From NCBI GenBank assembly GCA_037444405.1, contig JBBIML010000006.1:209135-273134 (forward strand): a stretch of 64,000 bases of DNA, given 5' to 3'. The notes beneath the pieces were generated by a model that was given only the letters and a program-made list of their open reading frames with translations, was not told where the DNA came from and did no database searches. The stretch is from Armatimonadota bacterium (lineage in GTDB: Bacteria > Armatimonadota > Fimbriimonadia > Fimbriimonadales > GBS-DC). Shown here one piece after another: positions 41,389-49,437 of this stretch (positions are counted from its first letter, which is position 1; each line of letters opens with the position of its first letter). A program made the position numbers and the translations under genes.

Positions 41389-42069
41389 ATGGAACTGATC
41401 GCACCGTCGGCGGTCGTTCTGCTTTCGGGCGGGCAGGACAGCACCACCTGCCTCTACTGGGCGAAGCAGCGCTTCGCCCAAATCTATGCGCTGACCTTCG
41501 ACTACGGTCAGCGCCACCGCATCGAGCTGGACGCCGCCCGCACGATCGCGCAGATGGCAGGCGTGGCACAGCACCGCATTCTGCGCATAACGGAGCTGGA
41601 GCAGCTGGGCGGCTCTGCCCTGCTCACTGATATGCCCATTCAGGAGACCGGCGGGCGCGGCAACCTGCCCAACACCTTCGTGCCCGGACGCAATCTGCTC
41701 TTTCTGGTGCTGGCTGCTGCGTGGGCGTACCAGCTGGAGTGCCACCACCTCGTCGGCGGCATGTGTCAGACCGACTATTCGGGCTATCCCGACTGCCGCC
41801 GCGCCACCATCGACGCTCTGGAGCAAGCCATTCGGCTCGGCATGGAGTGGGACATCACCATCCACACCCCGCTGATGGATCTCACGAAAGCGGAGAGCGT
41901 GCGTCTGGCGCTGGAGGTGGGCGCGATGGAGGCGCTGGCGTACTCCCACACCTGCTACGAGGGGCGGTTCCCGCCATGCGGAACTTGCCCCGCCTGCCGC
42001 CTGCGTGCCAGAGGCTTCGAGGAGGCAGGCGTTGAGGACCCGCTCCTCGCCCGCGCCCGCCGCATGTGA
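41389..42069 (+). CDS. queC: 7-cyano-7-deazaguanine synthase
   Basis: SGGQDSTT, FDYGQRH, TFVPGRN, GYPDCR, CGTCPAC. Confidence 0.97.
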   Translation: MELIAPSAVVLLSGGQDSTTCLYWAKQRFAQIYALTFDYGQRHRIELDAARTIAQMAGVAQHRILRITELEQLGGSALLTDMPIQETGGRGNLPNTFVPGRNLLFLVLAAAWAYQLECHHLVGGMCQTDYSGYPDCRRATIDALEQAIRLGMEWDITIHTPLMDLTKAESVRLALEVGAMEALAYSHTCYEGRFPPCGTCPACRLRARGFEEAGVEDPLLARARRM

Positions 42070-42112
42070 ACCGTACAGCAGGTATACTCCACACCGACGG
42101 AGGAGAACAACC

Positions 42113-43576
42113 ATGCCATACATCACCGAATCGGGCAAAAAGCTGATCACGGTCATTCCGGGCGACGGCGTTGGACCCGAATGCATCGGCGCCGCGCTGC
42201 GAATCTTAGAAGCGGTCGGCGCACCCATCGAGTGGGAAGTGCGCGAGGCAGGCGCCAGCGTGTTCAAAAAGGGTCTCGAAAGCGGCGTGCCGCCCGAAAC
42301 CATCGAATCGATCCGCAAAACGCGCGTGGTACTCAAAGGTCCGCTGGAGACCCCTGTCGGCTATGGCGAAAAGAGCGCGAATGTTACCCTGCGCAAGCTG
42401 TTCGAAACCTACGCGAATGTGCGCCCCGTGCGCGAGATGCCCAATGTGCCCACACCCTACAGCGGACGCGGCATCGACCTGGTGGTGGTGCGCGAAAATG
42501 TGGAAGACCTCTACGCGGGGATCGAGTATATGCAGACGCCGGGCGTGGCGCAGGCGCTCAAGCTCATCTCCCGCAAAGGCTGCGAAAAAATTGTGCGATT
42601 TGCCTTCGAGCTGGCACGCGCCGAAGGACGCACAAAAGTTCACTGCGCCACCAAGTCGAACATCATGAAGTTCAGCGAGGGCATGCTCAAGCGCGTGTTT
42701 GAAGAGATTGCGCCCGAATATCCCGATATTGAGGCGAACCATATTATTGTGGACAACTGCGCCCACCAGCTGGTCAAGCGCCCGGAGCAGTTCGAAGTGA
42801 TAGTGACCACCAACATGAACGGCGATATTTTGAGCGATTTGACCTCCGCACTGATTGGCGGGCTGGGCTTCGCGCCATCAGCCAACATAGGCAACGAGGT
42901 CGCCATCTTCGAAGCGGTTCACGGCTCCGCGCCCAAATACGCGGGCAAGAATGTGATTAACCCGACGGCGGTCATCCTGTCGGCGGTGATGATGCTGCGC
43001 TATTTGGGCGAGTTCGAAGCGGCGGCGACCATCGAGAACGCCCTGCTCTACACCCTTGAAGAGGGCAAGGTGCGCACGGGCGATGTGGTCGGCTACGACC
43101 GCTGCAACACCACCACCGAGTACACCGATGCGATTATCGCCAATCTGGGCAAGAAGCCATCCACGACCTTCGTGCGCGAATACCGCCCCATCCGGCTGCC
43201 GCAGGTGTCGCCCGACCCTGCGAGCGTTCGCCCGAATCAGCGGCGCGTGGTGGGCGTGGATGTGTTCGTAGAGACCGAGCTGATGCCCGAACCGCTGGGG
43301 CAACTGCTGGAGACGCTCGCCGCCGAATCGCCTTTCTACCTCAAAATGGTCTCCAATCGCGGCACGAAGGTGTACCCGCCCACGGGCGCCATCACCGATG
43401 TGGTGGATCACTATCGGTGCCGATTCCTGTTGCGCGACCCGGCAGGCGATGCCACCGACGCGCAGATTCTCGAGCTGGTTCAGCGCATCGGCAGCCGCCT
43501 GCGCTGGATGCACATCGAGAAGCTCAATGAGTTCGATGGCGCACAGGGCTTCACCAAAGCGCAGGGCGAGGACTGA
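42113..43576 (+). CDS. icd: NADP-dependent isocitrate dehydrogenase (Thermus-type with C-terminal extension)
   Basis: SANVTLRK, RENVEDLY, TKSNIMK, NMNGDILSD, EAVHGSAPK, C-term FTKAQGED. Confidence 0.95.
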   Translation: MPYITESGKKLITVIPGDGVGPECIGAALRILEAVGAPIEWEVREAGASVFKKGLESGVPPETIESIRKTRVVLKGPLETPVGYGEKSANVTLRKLFETYANVRPVREMPNVPTPYSGRGIDLVVVRENVEDLYAGIEYMQTPGVAQALKLISRKGCEKIVRFAFELARAEGRTKVHCATKSNIMKFSEGMLKRVFEEIAPEYPDIEANHIIVDNCAHQLVKRPEQFEVIVTTNMNGDILSDLTSALIGGLGFAPSANIGNEVAIFEAVHGSAPKYAGKNVINPTAVILSAVMMLRYLGEFEAAATIENALLYTLEEGKVRTGDVVGYDRCNTTTEYTDAIIANLGKKPSTTFVREYRPIRLPQVSPDPASVRPNQRRVVGVDVFVETELMPEPLGQLLETLAAESPFYLKMVSNRGTKVYPPTGAITDVVDHYRCRFLLRDPAGDATDAQILELVQRIGSRLRWMHIEKLNEFDGAQGFTKAQGED

Positions 43577-44187
43577 TCAACCTCGCCCGATTCGGGCGTG
43601 AAAAGGCGTTGCTGGATCAGGGCGGCGACGGGTTCGAAGGTGCGCCGATGGATGGGCGAGGGACCGAGCCGCTGGAGCTGGCGCAGGTGGAACGGCGTCG
43701 CGTAGCCCTTGTGCTGGGCGAAGCCGTAGCCCGGATAGAGGCGATCATATTCACACATGAGCCTGTCGCGCACCACCTTGGCAAGGATGGAGGCGGCGGC
43801 AATGCGCTCATCGAGGGCATCGCCATCGATGAGCGTGCGCTGTGGCAGGACGCAACCCTCAATCGCGTGGCGACCGTCGATGAGCAGTTCATCGGGCACG
43901 ATGGGGAGGCTTTCAACGGCGCGGCGCATCGCCAGCAGACTCGCACGCAGAATGTTCATCTGCTCGATCTCGCGCGGGGTGGCGATGCCGACCGCCCACG
44001 CCAGCGCGACCGTGCGGATCGCCTCGAAGAGCTGCTCGCGCACAGGCGCGGTCAACTGCTTGCTATCACGAATGGTGCTGAGGGGGTGGTTTGGCGGCAG
44101 GATCACGCAGGCGGCGACCACGGGACCCGCCAACGGACCGCGCCCCGCTTCGTCCACGCCCGCCACCCATCGCCGCGCCACCTGCAT
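43480..44187 (-). CDS. rnhB: Ribonuclease HII (start may be 44235)
   Basis: GVDEAGRGPLAGPVVAA, DSKQL, IAAASILAKV.RD, HKGYAT, HRRTF. Confidence 0.95.
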   Translation of the reverse strand: MQVARRWVAGVDEAGRGPLAGPVVAACVILPPNHPLSTIRDSKQLTAPVREQLFEAIRTVALAWAVGIATPREIEQMNILRASLLAMRRAVESLPIVPDELLIDGRHAIEGCVLPQRTLIDGDALDERIAAASILAKVVRDRLMCEYDRLYPGYGFAQHKGYATPFHLRQLQRLGPSPIHRRTFEPVAALIQQRLFTPESGEVDQSSPCALVKPCAPSNSLSFSMCIQRRRLPMR

Positions 44188-44226
44188 CGCCCGATGCGAT
44201 TCGCCGTCTGTCGCGTGGCTCCTGCT

Positions 44227-44281
44227 GGGGCGCATAGCGGTGCGCCCCTCACCCCTACCCTCTCCCCAGAGGGGAGAGGGG
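44227..44281. repeat. REP cluster upstream of rnhB
   Basis: GGGGCGCATAGCGGTGCGCCCC palindrome overlapping CCCCTCACCCCTACCCTCTCCCCAGAGGGGAGAGGGG. Confidence 0.7.
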
Positions 44282-44306
44282 CTTAGCGGCTCCCTCTGGC
44301 ACTCGC

Positions 44307-44342
44307 AAAAAGAAAATGCCGGGGCTCCGCCCCGGCATTTTC
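44307..44342 (-). terminator. Intrinsic terminator
   Basis: GAAAATGCCGGGG-CGGAG-CCCCGGCATTTTC-TTTTT on - strand (13-bp perfect stem). Confidence 0.75.
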
Positions 44343-44427
44343 GCGCTACGATTGCCCGTAGATTCACCTCGCGCTGAGGTTGTCGAGAGTGGCAACCTCC
44401 TTGCGAGGGCAGGCTTTGCTCCCCTAC
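44307..44427 (-). ncRNA. Candidate sigma-54-dependent small RNA (~120 nt) ending in an intrinsic terminator
   Basis: Three consecutive hairpins between a -24/-12 motif and a U-tract; no plausible ORF. Confidence 0.55.
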
Positions 44428-44437
44428 CTTTCCTTGC

Positions 44438-44453
44438 AGCAACTTTTGTGCCA
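44438..44453 (-). promoter_or_regulatory. Sigma-54 (-24/-12) promoter
   Basis: TGGCAC-AAAAG-TTGCT, exact consensus spacing, intergenic. Confidence 0.65.
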
Positions 44454-44487
44454 CACGCGCCCTTTCGCTGTCGGGTATGCTCAAAAC

Positions 44488-45498
44488 ATGGGGCAAACGG
44501 TGCTGATCACAGGCGGCGCAGGCTTCATCGGCAGCCATCTGACCCTCTATCTGCTGCGCCACTATCCCGACTATCGGGTGCGCGTGCTGGATGCGCTCAC
44601 CTACGCGGGCAACCGCGAGAATTTGAAGGAAGCGGAGGGCGACCCACGCTTCGAGTTCATCCATGCCGATGTGCGCGACCGTCAGGCGGTGCAGACCGCG
44701 ATGCAGGGCGTGCAACTCGTGGCGCACCTGGCTGCCGAAACGCATGTCGACCGCTCCATCCTGAACCCCGACGCCTTCATCACCACCGATGTGTATGGCA
44801 CCTTCGTGGTGCTGGAGGCGGCGCGGCAGGCGGGCGTTGAGCGGTTTCTGCATGTCAGCACCGACGAGGTGTATGGTCCCGCTGGGGAAGGCGCCTGCAC
44901 AGAGGATTCGCCCCTGCGTCCGAGCAGCCCCTACGCCGCCAGCAAGGCGAGCGCCGACCTGCTGGCGCAAGCCTATCACCGGACCTACGGGCTGCCCGTG
45001 CTGATTGTGCGCCCCAGCAACACCTTCGGACCGCGCCAGTACCCCGAAAAGCTGATCCCCTTCTTCGTCACGCGCGCCCTTCAGGATCAACCGCTGCCCC
45101 TCTATGGCGACGGGCAGCAGGTGCGCGACTGGCTCTATGTGGATGACCATGTGCGTGCGCTCGATCTTGTGCTGCACAGGGGTCAGGTCGGCTCCATCTA
45201 CAACATCGCGGCGAACAACGAGCGCACGAATCTCGAAATCACCCGCCGCATTCTGACCATTCTCGGCAAGCCAGAGACGCTGATCCAGTTCGTGAAGGAC
45301 CGCCCGGGGCACGATCGTCGCTACGCGCTGGACACCCGTCGCATCCGTGCGCTGGGCTGGCAGCCGCAGGCAGATTTTGAGGACGCGCTGCGCGAGACGG
45401 TGCTGTGGTATGTGCAGAATCGCGACTGGTGGCAGCGCATCCTGCAGGAGCAGGTCGAATACAGGCAGTTCGTGCAGGCGTGGTATGAGCGTCGTTAG
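44488..45498 (+). CDS. rfbB: dTDP-glucose 4,6-dehydratase
   Basis: TGGAGFIGS, LTYAGN, AAETHVDRSI, STDEVYG, YAASK, DRPGHDRRYA. Confidence 0.96.
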   Translation: MGQTVLITGGAGFIGSHLTLYLLRHYPDYRVRVLDALTYAGNRENLKEAEGDPRFEFIHADVRDRQAVQTAMQGVQLVAHLAAETHVDRSILNPDAFITTDVYGTFVVLEAARQAGVERFLHVSTDEVYGPAGEGACTEDSPLRPSSPYAASKASADLLAQAYHRTYGLPVLIVRPSNTFGPRQYPEKLIPFFVTRALQDQPLPLYGDGQQVRDWLYVDDHVRALDLVLHRGQVGSIYNIAANNERTNLEITRRILTILGKPETLIQFVKDRPGHDRRYALDTRRIRALGWQPQADFEDALRETVLWYVQNRDWWQRILQEQVEYRQFVQAWYERR

Positions 45499-46340
45499 CC
45501 GATGGGCTCGGGCAGGTAGAGCGTGAGGCACTTGCACGCGCCGCCCGATTTGATGAACTCGCTCATTGGCACCTCATGCACGCGGAAGCCGCGCTCCTCC
45601 AGGTGAAAGCGCAGGATGGGGCAGCCCGCGGGCATCACCACATGCTTGCCGATGACCACCGAGTTGCACGCGAATCGCAACGCCTCTTCGGGGCTGACAG
45701 GGATCACCTCAAAATGCTCCTGAATCACGCGGCGGGCGTACCAGTCGAACGCTTCGGGGTAATAGGCGACCAGCCGTCCACCCAGCGGCAAGAAGCAGGT
45801 GTCAAGGTGATACCAGCGGTCGTCCACCAGTTCGAGGCTGAGCGTTTCGAGTCCTGTGAGTTCGCTGAGGTGGCGATGGGCACAGATGTCGGTGCGTTTG
45901 CGGTAGCCTGCCACGATGAGGTCGCCGAGATAGAAGGCGTCGCCCTCACCCTCAAAGGCGCAGTCGGGCGGGAGCAGATGCACCGTGAAGCCGTGCGAGC
46001 GGAAGAACTGCTCAAAGTAGGGTTCCTCCACCTGTCGTTCGGGGTGGCGGAAGCGCGACAGCACGATGCGTTTGCCGGGCAGGGGCAGACCCGCGTTCGC
46101 CGTGAACACCATATCGGGCGCCTCCTGCGCCTGCTCAATCAGCACCACCGGGACACCGACCTCCTCGGTCAGCACCCGATGGAGCTGTTCCCACTGCTGC
46201 CACGCCAGCCGCTTATCGGGACGGTTGCTGAGATGCATCCAGGCGTTGATCTCATAGAGCAGATCGTACGCACTGGGCGCACACATCAGCACCTGCGTCG
46301 CCTGAAGCTGGTTCGAACGGTTGACCGGCAAAGTCTGCAT
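45495..46340 (-). CDS. Amidinotransferase / dimethylarginine dimethylaminohydrolase-like protein
   Basis: PDMVFTANAG, FEGEGD, YHLDTCF, EFIKSGGACKCLTL. Confidence 0.9.
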   Translation of the reverse strand: MQTLPVNRSNQLQATQVLMCAPSAYDLLYEINAWMHLSNRPDKRLAWQQWEQLHRVLTEEVGVPVVLIEQAQEAPDMVFTANAGLPLPGKRIVLSRFRHPERQVEEPYFEQFFRSHGFTVHLLPPDCAFEGEGDAFYLGDLIVAGYRKRTDICAHRHLSELTGLETLSLELVDDRWYHLDTCFLPLGGRLVAYYPEAFDWYARRVIQEHFEVIPVSPEEALRFACNSVVIGKHVVMPAGCPILRFHLEERGFRVHEVPMSEFIKSGGACKCLTLYLPEPIG

Positions 46341-46425
46341 TATCGCCTCCGAATCGACACAGGCACTATCGGTATACGAACTTCGGCAACGGGATTGTTC
46401 CATGATGGCGGGGCAATCTCACCTT

Positions 46426-47268
46426 TCATGGTTCGCTGTCAACCATTTCGAAGCAGCTGCGTGGGGTCTCGTAGAGGCGCACGCTGTGGAGCCGTGCGCG
46501 CCCGCTCAGATGTGGCGCCAGCCGTCGATAGATGAACTGCACGAGATTCTCGGTGGTTGGGATCACCTGCTGGAACTCGGCGACCTCCTCGTTCAGGAAG
46601 CGGTGGTCGAGCGGTTCCAGCACCTCGCGGTGTACCAGCGTGTCCAGCTCCGCCAGGCTGATAATCATGCCTGTGATGGGGTCTGGCTCGCCGCGAACCG
46701 TGATTTCGAGGCGGTAGTCGTGCCCGTGCCCATACGGATGGCTGCATTTGCCGAACAGTGTGGTGTTCTCCTGCTCGCTCAGGTTCGGATGATAGAGCCG
46801 ATGCGACGCCGAAAAGTGATAGCTGCGGGTGAGATAGACCATGGGTACCTCCTCGCCGTCGGGATGGCGCCGGCGCTCGCCCCGATACGCCGAAGAGAGC
46901 CACTCCGATTCATGCACCTCCACCGCCTCCAGCGGGTACGGCAGCATCGGCTGAAGGTCGTGGTAGAGATAGACCGCCATGTTCTCGGTGGTCGGCAGAT
47001 GGTGCTGAAAATAGGGGTGTTCAAGGTTCAGGCAGCGATGGTCGAACTGGCGGTCGATGTGCGTTTGCAGCTGTTGCTCCAGTTCGCGGGGGCAGAGGTG
47101 ACGCTCTGGATGGGGCTGAATGAGCATCTGGATGCAGACCCGGTAGTTGTGTCCGTGGTGCCGCGCTGCCTTCCCGAACAGTTGCTCGTTTTCTTCGATG
47201 CTCAGGTGGGGCAGGCGGTAGAAGTGCGACGCTTCAAACGCACACCACTGAGCCACGCGCCAGCGCAT
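46426..47268 (-). CDS. Tandem two-domain 6-pyruvoyl-tetrahydropterin synthase / QueD-like protein
   Basis: Two repeats of F.ASH...EN..LFGK...HGH.Y...DHR.LN...PTTEN...E. Confidence 0.9.
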   Translation of the reverse strand: MRWRVAQWCAFEASHFYRLPHLSIEENEQLFGKAARHHGHNYRVCIQMLIQPHPERHLCPRELEQQLQTHIDRQFDHRCLNLEHPYFQHHLPTTENMAVYLYHDLQPMLPYPLEAVEVHESEWLSSAYRGERRRHPDGEEVPMVYLTRSYHFSASHRLYHPNLSEQENTTLFGKCSHPYGHGHDYRLEITVRGEPDPITGMIISLAELDTLVHREVLEPLDHRFLNEEVAEFQQVIPTTENLVQFIYRRLAPHLSGRARLHSVRLYETPRSCFEMVDSEP

Positions 47269-47351
47269 CCCGCCCAGAGTGTACCCGAAAACCGTTGAAG
47301 AACGGCGCACGGATGTGGAAACATCCCCACAGTGGCACGGAGGATAGGACA

Positions 47352-48215
47352 ATGGCGACACACACTCGACCCGTTGCATCGGCAGAAGAGGTGATTCAGC
47401 GTCTGAAGGACCTGCCCAGCCTGCCTGTGGTCGTGATGCAGGTCTATCAGGCGGCGGACAGTCCGGATATATCAGCCCAGCAGCTGGCGTTGATTATCGG
47501 GCGCGATCAGGGCTTCACGGTGCGCCTGTTGCGCATCGCCAACTCGGCTTACTACGGCATGATGCGCCAGATTGCCACGATTGAAGAGGCGGTGGTGGTG
47601 CTGGGCATCAGCACCATCAAGAATCTGGCGCTGGTGGCGGCGACCTATCCGTTGTTTTGGCGGGCGCTGGTAGGCTACACCCCCCATGTGAGCGGGCTGT
47701 GGTCGCACTCGCTGGCGGTCGGACTAGTGGCGCAGACGGGCGCCCGCGCCTTCGATGTGGACGCCCGCAACGAGGCGTTCACCGCCGGGCTCCTGCACGA
47801 TGTGGGCAAGCTGGTCATCAGCACCGCGCTCACCGACTGGATGGGCGAGCTGAGCGACCTGGTGCATCACTACCGCATGCCCGTGCATGAGGCGGAACGC
47901 GAGCTGTTCGGCTTCACCCACGAAGAGGTGGGCGCCCTGCTGGTGGAACGCTGGAACCTGCCGCCCCGAATCGCCCGCATGGTGCGGTTCCATCACCAGA
48001 GCCTCGACCAGAATGACCCTAACTGCGCCCTGATCGAGTTCGCCGACTACTGCGCGAACCAGATTGGCTACATGATGAACCCGGAGGCGCCGCCGGAGCC
48101 GTTCGATACGCGCGTGCTGAATGTGCTGGGCATCGATCTGGAAGAGGCGGAACAGTTCATGGCGCGCGCTCGCGAGGTGCTGCACGCGGCGCAGACGCTG
48201 TTTCAGATGAAGTAG
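47352..48215 (+). CDS. HDOD domain signal transduction protein
   Basis: LPSLP, LLRIANSAYYG, WSHSL, AGLLHDVGK, HEEVGALL..RWNLP. Confidence 0.93.
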   Translation: MATHTRPVASAEEVIQRLKDLPSLPVVVMQVYQAADSPDISAQQLALIIGRDQGFTVRLLRIANSAYYGMMRQIATIEEAVVVLGISTIKNLALVAATYPLFWRALVGYTPHVSGLWSHSLAVGLVAQTGARAFDVDARNEAFTAGLLHDVGKLVISTALTDWMGELSDLVHHYRMPVHEAERELFGFTHEEVGALLVERWNLPPRIARMVRFHHQSLDQNDPNCALIEFADYCANQIGYMMNPEAPPEPFDTRVLNVLGIDLEEAEQFMARAREVLHAAQTLFQMK

Positions 48216-48234
48216 GGCGCACGGCTGTGCGCCC
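48212..48234 (+). repeat. GTAG-type REP overlapping the HDOD stop codon
   Basis: GTAG-GGCGCAC-GGCT-GTGCGCC-C. Confidence 0.7.
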
Positions 48235-48237
48235 CCT

Positions 48238-49437
48238 TCAAGCCCGCGACGGCTTCAGCAACGCCAGCATGAAGCCCAGCGCCAGATAGGGCTGCAACGC
48301 CAGCATGGGGCGAACGCCCCCGGCATATAACCAGATGATCAGCCAGACCCAGGCGGCGAGCAATCCCATCAGCCAGAGCAGCGCGGGGCGTAGCCTGGCA
48401 AGCCTCACCCACCCGTACACCGCCACCAGCAAAAAGAGCCAGTAGACCACATCCGCGCCCAGCGCCCATACCCGCTGGCGATGGCGCGGGTCCTGCAAGC
48501 CGAACGCGGACAGGCTCAGGCGCGTCTTGCGCCACAGCAGCCGCGCCAACGCGCCCGGATTCTCCCGAATCCACTGCAACGCCAGCCGCAGCGCTCTGCG
48601 GTCGCGCTCCACAGGGTCGCGCGACGCAATCGCCTGCTGAACATCCACCGGCTTGCCGCCAATCACGATGGTTTTCGGCAGTCCGGGCTGGAAGCCGCCG
48701 TCTGCTTCGGGGTTGTTCGCCCACAGGAACACATAGCCGCCCAGCCCAATCGGGATGAAATGCCCGAATCGGGCGTGCAGATAGGCGATGTAGGGCGCAA
48801 CGGTCAGACAGGCGGCGATGAGCAGGGTTGCCGCGCCGCGCCAGCCGGGATGCCCGAATCGCCACGCCCACAGCGCCATCAGCCCGATAAAGGGCAGAAA
48901 GCTCGCCCGCGTGAGCGCGAGCAGCCCCAGCAGTATGCCCACCACCGCCCAGCGCTTCACGGAGCTGTCCTCCTGCATCTGAACCATCAGTGTGAGGCTC
49001 CACACCAGCAGCGGCAGCATCAGGTTCTCGGTGTAGAGCCAGCCGCTGATCAACAGCAGGTGCGGATGGAAGGCGGCCAGCGTCAGCGTCCAGTTCGCCA
49101 CGCGCTCGCCGAAGAGCCGTCGGCACATCGCCCACAGCCCCAGCAGGGTCAGCAGCCCCAGCAGGGCATTCACGAAGCGCACCGCCTGCGGCTGATGACC
49201 AGCAACCGCATAAACACCCGCCATCAGCCAGATGTAGCCGGGCGCCACCTGCAGTCCCTTCTCGTACACATAGTGCCCCTCGCTGACCAGCGTCCAGGCG
49301 ATGCGGTCATGCACAACGGCGTCGCCATGCAGCGGGTCGCGCCGCAGGAACGGGTCAAGCTGCACGGCGAACAGCGCGTAGCCCAGTCGCACAGCAATGA
49401 TGAGCGCCCACAGCCACAGAGTTTTATTCCAGCGCAT
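48238..49437 (-). CDS. Membrane glycosyltransferase (GT39/ArnT-like, GT-C fold)
   Basis: Multiple TM helices; GDAVVHD, PGY, YTENL, LWANNP. Confidence 0.8.
   Translation of the reverse strand: MRWNKTLWLWALIIAVRLGYALFAVQLDPFLRRDPLHGDAVVHDRIAWTLVSEGHYVYEKGLQVAPGYIWLMAGVYAVAGHQPQAVRFVNALLGLLTLLGLWAMCRRLFGERVANWTLTLAAFHPHLLLISGWLYTENLMLPLLVWSLTLMVQMQEDSSVKRWAVVGILLGLLALTRASFLPFIGLMALWAWRFGHPGWRGAATLLIAACLTVAPYIAYLHARFGHFIPIGLGGYVFLWANNPEADGGFQPGLPKTIVIGGKPVDVQQAIASRDPVERDRRALRLALQWIRENPGALARLLWRKTRLSLSAFGLQDPRHRQRVWALGADVVYWLFLLVAVYGWVRLARLRPALLWLMGLLAAWVWLIIWLYAGGVRPMLALQPYLALGFMLALLKPSRA

Noticed and set aside
43480..45537. 685-aa ORF on - strand
   Set aside because: Only the last ~236 aa are RNase HII; the rest is the antisense shadow of rfbB and runs through a terminator and REPs
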